The translations under genes were made by a program, and so were the position numbers. This document shows, piece after piece, positions 58,149-62,411 of a DNA stretch of 62,411 nt; the first letter of the stretch is position 1; every line of letters begins with the position of its first letter. Origin of the DNA: Candidatus Thorarchaeota archaeon. Its GTDB lineage: Archaea > Asgardarchaeota > Thorarchaeia > Thorarchaeales > Thorarchaeaceae. Where the stretch lies: assembly GCA_048882385.1 (NCBI GenBank), contig JBHLRQ010000001.1:79340-141750 (forward strand). Direction: 5' to 3'. A model generated the notes under the pieces. The model was not told the origin of the DNA, did no database searches, and saw nothing but the letters and a program-made list of their open reading frames with translations.

Positions 58149-58436
58149 ATGAAAGCAATAGAAGCCAAGATTAAGCACGCTCTAGCGAACAAAGGTATCA
58201 AGTGTCAATCTGTTTACCAGATGCCTGACCTAGATGATACTCGTGTGCTTATCGCTTTCAATTCCAAGGACAACAGAAACCTATCAATTCGAAAGATTGA
58301 GAATGCTTTAGCAAATCTGAATGTTGGCGAGTTTAAAGTGCCCAGAGATTTCCAACGTCTCAGTTCAGCGTTTCTACATCTTGAGGTGACTCTTGGAGCA
58401 AGGACTGAGAAACCTATTTTCCCTGCATCTACGTAG
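58149..58436 (+). CDS. Hypothetical protein
   Basis: 95-aa ORF with SD-like GGTG upstream. Confidence 0.6.
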   Translation: MKAIEAKIKHALANKGIKCQSVYQMPDLDDTRVLIAFNSKDNRNLSIRKIENALANLNVGEFKVPRDFQRLSSAFLHLEVTLGARTEKPIFPAST

Positions 58437-58475
58437 GCCGTGTTTCTTATCAGAGTCTTTGAACCTAGATAGATT

Positions 58476-59231
58476 ATGGATCTCGATCTAGTAGACCGTA
58501 CCTTTCTTGTTACTGCAGCCTCTCGGGGCTTAGGCTTCAGTGTAGCCAAGTCACTTGCAGATGAGGGTGCTGAAGTGTTGATTTGCGGTCGAAATGAAGA
58601 ATCACTGAAGAATGCAACGTCAGCTCTTGGTGAGAAGGCTCAATACTTCGTAGCTGATGTTTCAAAGCAAGAGGACATCAAACGATTAGTGAATGACATA
58701 GGTTCACAGATGTTGCATATAGATGGTCTCTTTGTAAATGCTGGTGGACCGCCTCCAGGAACATTCTCTGACCTAACAGACGATGACTGGAGAAAAGCCA
58801 TTGATCTCACGTTGATGAGTGCAGTGTGGTTGACACGAGAAACACGTCATCTTCTGAAGATGTCAGATTCTCCTTCGATTCTCTACAGTACATCAATTTC
58901 AGTAAAGCAACCCATCAATAATCTGCTGCTGTCAAATACAATTCGTCCAGCAGTGATTGGTATGATGCGCACACTTGCTACTGAACTAGTATCTGACCAT
59001 ATTCGTGTGAACGCCGTCTGTCCTGGATACATCTATACAGAACGAGTAGAAGAACTCATGGCTGCCTCCGGATCGGCAGAAGAGAGTATCAATACAAGAA
59101 TACCTCTGGGTCGAATGGGAAGACCAGAGGAGTTTGGACCTGTTTGTGCCTTTCTTCTTAGTCCAGTTTCTAGTTATATTCACGGAGCTCTGTTGTTGAT
59201 AGATGGTGGCCTCTATCAAGGAATGATGTAG
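58476..59231 (+). CDS. Short-chain dehydrogenase/reductase
   Basis: TAASRGLG, NAGGPPPG, RVNAVCPG, IPLGRMG.PEE. Confidence 0.92.
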   Translation: MDLDLVDRTFLVTAASRGLGFSVAKSLADEGAEVLICGRNEESLKNATSALGEKAQYFVADVSKQEDIKRLVNDIGSQMLHIDGLFVNAGGPPPGTFSDLTDDDWRKAIDLTLMSAVWLTRETRHLLKMSDSPSILYSTSISVKQPINNLLLSNTIRPAVIGMMRTLATELVSDHIRVNAVCPGYIYTERVEELMAASGSAEESINTRIPLGRMGRPEEFGPVCAFLLSPVSSYIHGALLLIDGGLYQGMM

Positions 59232-59237
59232 TCAGTA

Positions 59238-60188
59238 TCAAATCTGAAGGTCGGTAGGATCAATACCTCCACTTCTGACAAGTGCAACCTGAGCGTAATA
59301 ACGGACTTGGTCATCATCATAATCCAAAAGGTCTTTCAGTGCTGCAACTGCAGGAGGATATGGTGAAACTCCAATCGCCCAGGCCGCCGTTCGAAGCACT
59401 TCAACATCTTCTGAGTCTAATAGTTCAGTTATCGCTCTGAGGATGATTTCAGACTTCTTTTCCACTACTAATCTTATCATTCTGACTTGTTCTTTTGAAG
59501 ACACTTTTGATAATACATCTGCCAAACCTTGCAGTGCTCTGGCATCATCCATATCTCTTAGTCCCCGAATAGCCCAATCTCGTACTTTTTCGGATTCATC
59601 TTCAAGCGCTGAGAGAAGGCAGTTGATGGACTCAGGATTGCTCATATTACTCAATGCCCATGCACCAGACTCCCTCATTTCCACATTGGGGTCTCCCAGA
59701 ATGGCACAAAGTGTACCAAGTGTTTCGCCATCAGCTACTTTTGTAAGAGCAAAGACAGCTTCTTTCCTGAGATTCACATCCTCCTTACCATCCCGTGCTA
59801 TTCTCCTTAATATTCTGCCATAGCTTTTGGGATCAGTACTCCCCAAGATGTGAACAGCCCACTTTCTAACTTCGAACTCTTCTTTCCTGTCACCAAGAAT
59901 CTCAACAAGCTGTTGGTTGATTGAATCTACCCTGATCCTATAAGCTGCTTGTAATCCTCTGACACGAATTCGTGAATCCTCATCAGCAACCACATTCTCA
60001 ATGACTGACACAGCAAGTTTTGCACTCAGCAAATCTATGATATCAATAATGGACTCTTTGTAGTTTGTATATTCTTCCGATTCGAGTAGTGAAATAAACT
60101 CGTTTGGATGCGAATTGATATACTCTGCTGCTTCTTTACGATTGTCTACAGATTTGATATCGGTCAAGAACTCAAACACGTTGGCCAC
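59238..60188 (-). CDS. HEAT/PBS-lyase repeat protein
   Basis: Repeated VR..A..AL units. Confidence 0.88.
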   Translation of the reverse strand: MANVFEFLTDIKSVDNRKEAAEYINSHPNEFISLLESEEYTNYKESIIDIIDLLSAKLAVSVIENVVADEDSRIRVRGLQAAYRIRVDSINQQLVEILGDRKEEFEVRKWAVHILGSTDPKSYGRILRRIARDGKEDVNLRKEAVFALTKVADGETLGTLCAILGDPNVEMRESGAWALSNMSNPESINCLLSALEDESEKVRDWAIRGLRDMDDARALQGLADVLSKVSSKEQVRMIRLVVEKKSEIILRAITELLDSEDVEVLRTAAWAIGVSPYPPAVAALKDLLDYDDDQVRYYAQVALVRSGGIDPTDLQI

Positions 60189-60236
60189 ACTTCCAGCTTT
60201 AATTATCCCCTTAGTTACCTTTTCCCCCAGAGCAAT

Positions 60237-61238
60237 TTAGTATATTTTGAAGGCTTCTGCGTGTGGTAGTTTGAATGAATCTTTCTCCGGATTGAATTTG
60301 AGAACTGTATAGTATGAGGCCAACTGTAGTGCTATCACATTGGGAATGGCTTGTACAAGTGATGTATTCAGACCTAATTTGATATCTGTATAGAGATGAT
60401 ATGCCCGCATTTGGAGAGTGCTAGTGAGTACCTTCATGTATGCGTCGTCTGATGAGCCAATAGGACTATTGGAAATCAGTACTGCACACTCACCATCATT
60501 GACTGAAATATTGTAGTGGTGACAGAATTCTTCTCTAATTGTTGCTATACCTTTCAGAATAGAGAACTCGTTGAACTTCATCATTCCAATCTGCGCTGCA
60601 ACATGATTCGGTCCTTCAGAGATGAGATAGATGGGAACATTGGGACTTGTGAGTTCAGAGATGTTTTCTCCCTCCTTTTCAGCCCAAGCCATCATTTCAT
60701 TTCCAATATTTTTCAGTTTTTCAATGTCTTTAACCAATTTTTCATTATTTTCTCTAAATTTGGATGAAACTCCAAGAAGATATGCCATTGCAGCAGTTGT
60801 GGGAGCGGATGGACTTGTATTATATGTTCTCACGCCAGACCTCGTGACCCAGACATGATCAGCTTCTTTTGAAGCAGTGCCATCTGCATTGTCTGTAAGG
60901 ACAATAATCTCTGAACCCTGTCTCTTAGCTTTTTGAAGTGCGTCTATTGTTGCAAGACTTCTCCCAGATGCCGTAATTCCAATAACAACAGAGTCCTGAT
61001 CCAGTCTGAAGTGTTTGATTTCGTCAGGGGACACACACTGGACATTTAATCCAGAGTTGATAAAAGCCCATCTACCATAGTCTGCAGCAGCATACGAGTC
61101 TCCACATCCCATCAACAAAATCTGTTTCTTCCCTTCGAGAACAGAAGCAGACGTATTATCCACCTTTGCGAATGTCTGAGGTATCGACTTTTCTTGTAAT
61201 CTTATTGCATTATAACAAATGTCTAGGAACTCGGTCAT
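60237..61238 (-). CDS. Double-SIS-domain sugar isomerase/deaminase family protein
   Basis: GCGDSY, ITASG, MKFNE, EEFCH. Confidence 0.85.
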   Translation of the reverse strand: MTEFLDICYNAIRLQEKSIPQTFAKVDNTSASVLEGKKQILLMGCGDSYAAADYGRWAFINSGLNVQCVSPDEIKHFRLDQDSVVIGITASGRSLATIDALQKAKRQGSEIIVLTDNADGTASKEADHVWVTRSGVRTYNTSPSAPTTAAMAYLLGVSSKFRENNEKLVKDIEKLKNIGNEMMAWAEKEGENISELTSPNVPIYLISEGPNHVAAQIGMMKFNEFSILKGIATIREEFCHHYNISVNDGECAVLISNSPIGSSDDAYMKVLTSTLQMRAYHLYTDIKLGLNTSLVQAIPNVIALQLASYYTVLKFNPEKDSFKLPHAEAFKIY

Positions 61239-61255
61239 CTGGTTTCATCTCCAAA

Positions 61256-61720
61256 CTATAACATATTGACATCTGGAGGTTCTAACCCCTTCTGTCTAAT
61301 CAACCCTATCAAAAATCCACGATGGTGTGTTTCGTGAGTTGTCACATGAAGTAGAGCCTTAGCTATGGTAAAACTGATTGTCTGATCTCCTGATTTTATA
61401 CTCTTGACATGATGGAGTTGGTCTTCTGGAAGGTTTCTGATGAATTCCTCTGTTTCCACAGAAACTCTTGACCATTCATTTCTGATACTCTGAATATCTT
61501 GAAAGTCCTCTGGCTTACTCATCTGATATTTGGCTTCTGAAAGAAATGCTATCCAAAACTTTTCTGCATTCATGATATGCACCAAGATATCCCGTACCGA
61601 TCCTTTCCCCGCACCAGTCGGTTTCAAGAATTCTTTCAAGCCAAGTTTTTCCAGAGTCTGAAACAATGGCTCCCTACAAACCAAATTGTGATTGATTAGC
61701 ATCTCGATGATGGTCATCAT
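61256..61720 (-). CDS. DinB family protein
   Basis: SVRDILVHI..AE..W and H...HETHHRG. Confidence 0.9.
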   Translation of the reverse strand: MMTIIEMLINHNLVCREPLFQTLEKLGLKEFLKPTGAGKGSVRDILVHIMNAEKFWIAFLSEAKYQMSKPEDFQDIQSIRNEWSRVSVETEEFIRNLPEDQLHHVKSIKSGDQTISFTIAKALLHVTTHETHHRGFLIGLIRQKGLEPPDVNML

Positions 61721-61851
61721 GGTTTAGTGTCTGATGATTCACCCTTATTTTAGTCGTGATAGCTGAATTATTTCTAGAGCTACAATGGTTCTTGCGTTCT
61801 CTGACACTCTTATTAATTCTAAAGTCTTGAGCCTCACTTACGTGGTTTTGA

Positions 61852-62411
61852 ATGAAATTTGTCAGAACTGGAAAGTATAGAGAAGATACACTCGAGCGCT
61901 CAGTCGAAATCAATTCCCTGGATGAAGCAAGAGGACGGTTCAAAAGAATGAACTACTTGCTTGGATTTGTTAAAGTACAAAAACCAGAAGATTTTCCAGA
62001 ATACGTATTAAATCTCATATCCAAATATGATAGTCTACTAAAGGATGAAAGAAAGATATCAAATCCATTAGACCTAGATGAACTAGTTTCTGATAATCCA
62101 AATCTGAAAGAGCATCTTGAACTTGCAATAGTAGTTTTGAATTATTTTCGACAAATACTTCAATTACCCACTGAATCCAAACTTGGAAAAATAGAAGTTG
62201 TAAACAGAAACTACTTTCGATCCTTCTCACACATCAGCTATCCCAATCTACTAGTATTGACTGAAACTATTGGAAGAGATGAGGCTATTTCATTATACAA
62301 GAGATTTGTAACTCATTATACTCTTGAAAACAGGGATCCGAATAGAGAAACCATAGACGATTTAGAAACCCTCTTTGCTAAGAGAACTGAACCCAAAGAA
62401 GTTCCATCCGA
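61852..62411 (+). CDS. Hypothetical protein, 5' part only (runs off right edge); possibly ATC-hydrolase-like family
   Basis: Open frame from ATG 61852: MKFVRTGKYREDTLERSVEIN...LTETIGRDEAISLYK; not in ORF track. Confidence 0.65.
   Translation, partial: MKFVRTGKYREDTLERSVEINSLDEARGRFKRMNYLLGFVKVQKPEDFPEYVLNLISKYDSLLKDERKISNPLDLDELVSDNPNLKEHLELAIVVLNYFRQILQLPTESKLGKIEVVNRNYFRSFSHISYPNLLVLTETIGRDEAISLYKRFVTHYTLENRDPNRETIDDLETLFAKRTEPKEVPS

Noticed and set aside
568-62230. Numerous 60-160 aa ORFs antisense to or nested in confident genes
   Set aside because: No motifs and fully overlapped by well-supported CDSs.

Overview
Archaeal chromosomal window, most likely from an Asgard archaeon (Thorarchaeia-like). 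This is inferred from GatDE, PAN, TFE, TFB, aNAC, intron-containing tRNAs, a small-GTPase-like protein and a Pro/Gly-rich membrane protein. Most of it is housekeeping and metabolic genes plus seven tRNA genes. The most striking unannotated structure is in the left third. (i) Three ORB-like boxes lie in two intergenic loci (about 5.1-5.55 kb and 9.3-9.55 kb) with no orc1/cdc6 gene in the window; each locus has its own extra repeat and an adjacent small uncharacterised gene. (ii) A field of about 13.5 kb (8.9-22.5 kb) is densely seeded with the palindrome (T)GTAWTAC(A), including inside coding regions. It encloses a two-gene operon for an ExeA-like AAA+ ATPase and a ribbon-helix-helix protein, a candidate new origin-proximal chromosome partition/organisation system. 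On the right, tRNA-Tyr anchors two tandem integrase-free gene cassettes, each closed by a copy of the tRNA 3' half; the second has a long structured leader. No CRISPR array, rRNA, transposase or integrase was seen. All family assignments are from motif recognition by eye and all motif counts are manual; no database search was run.
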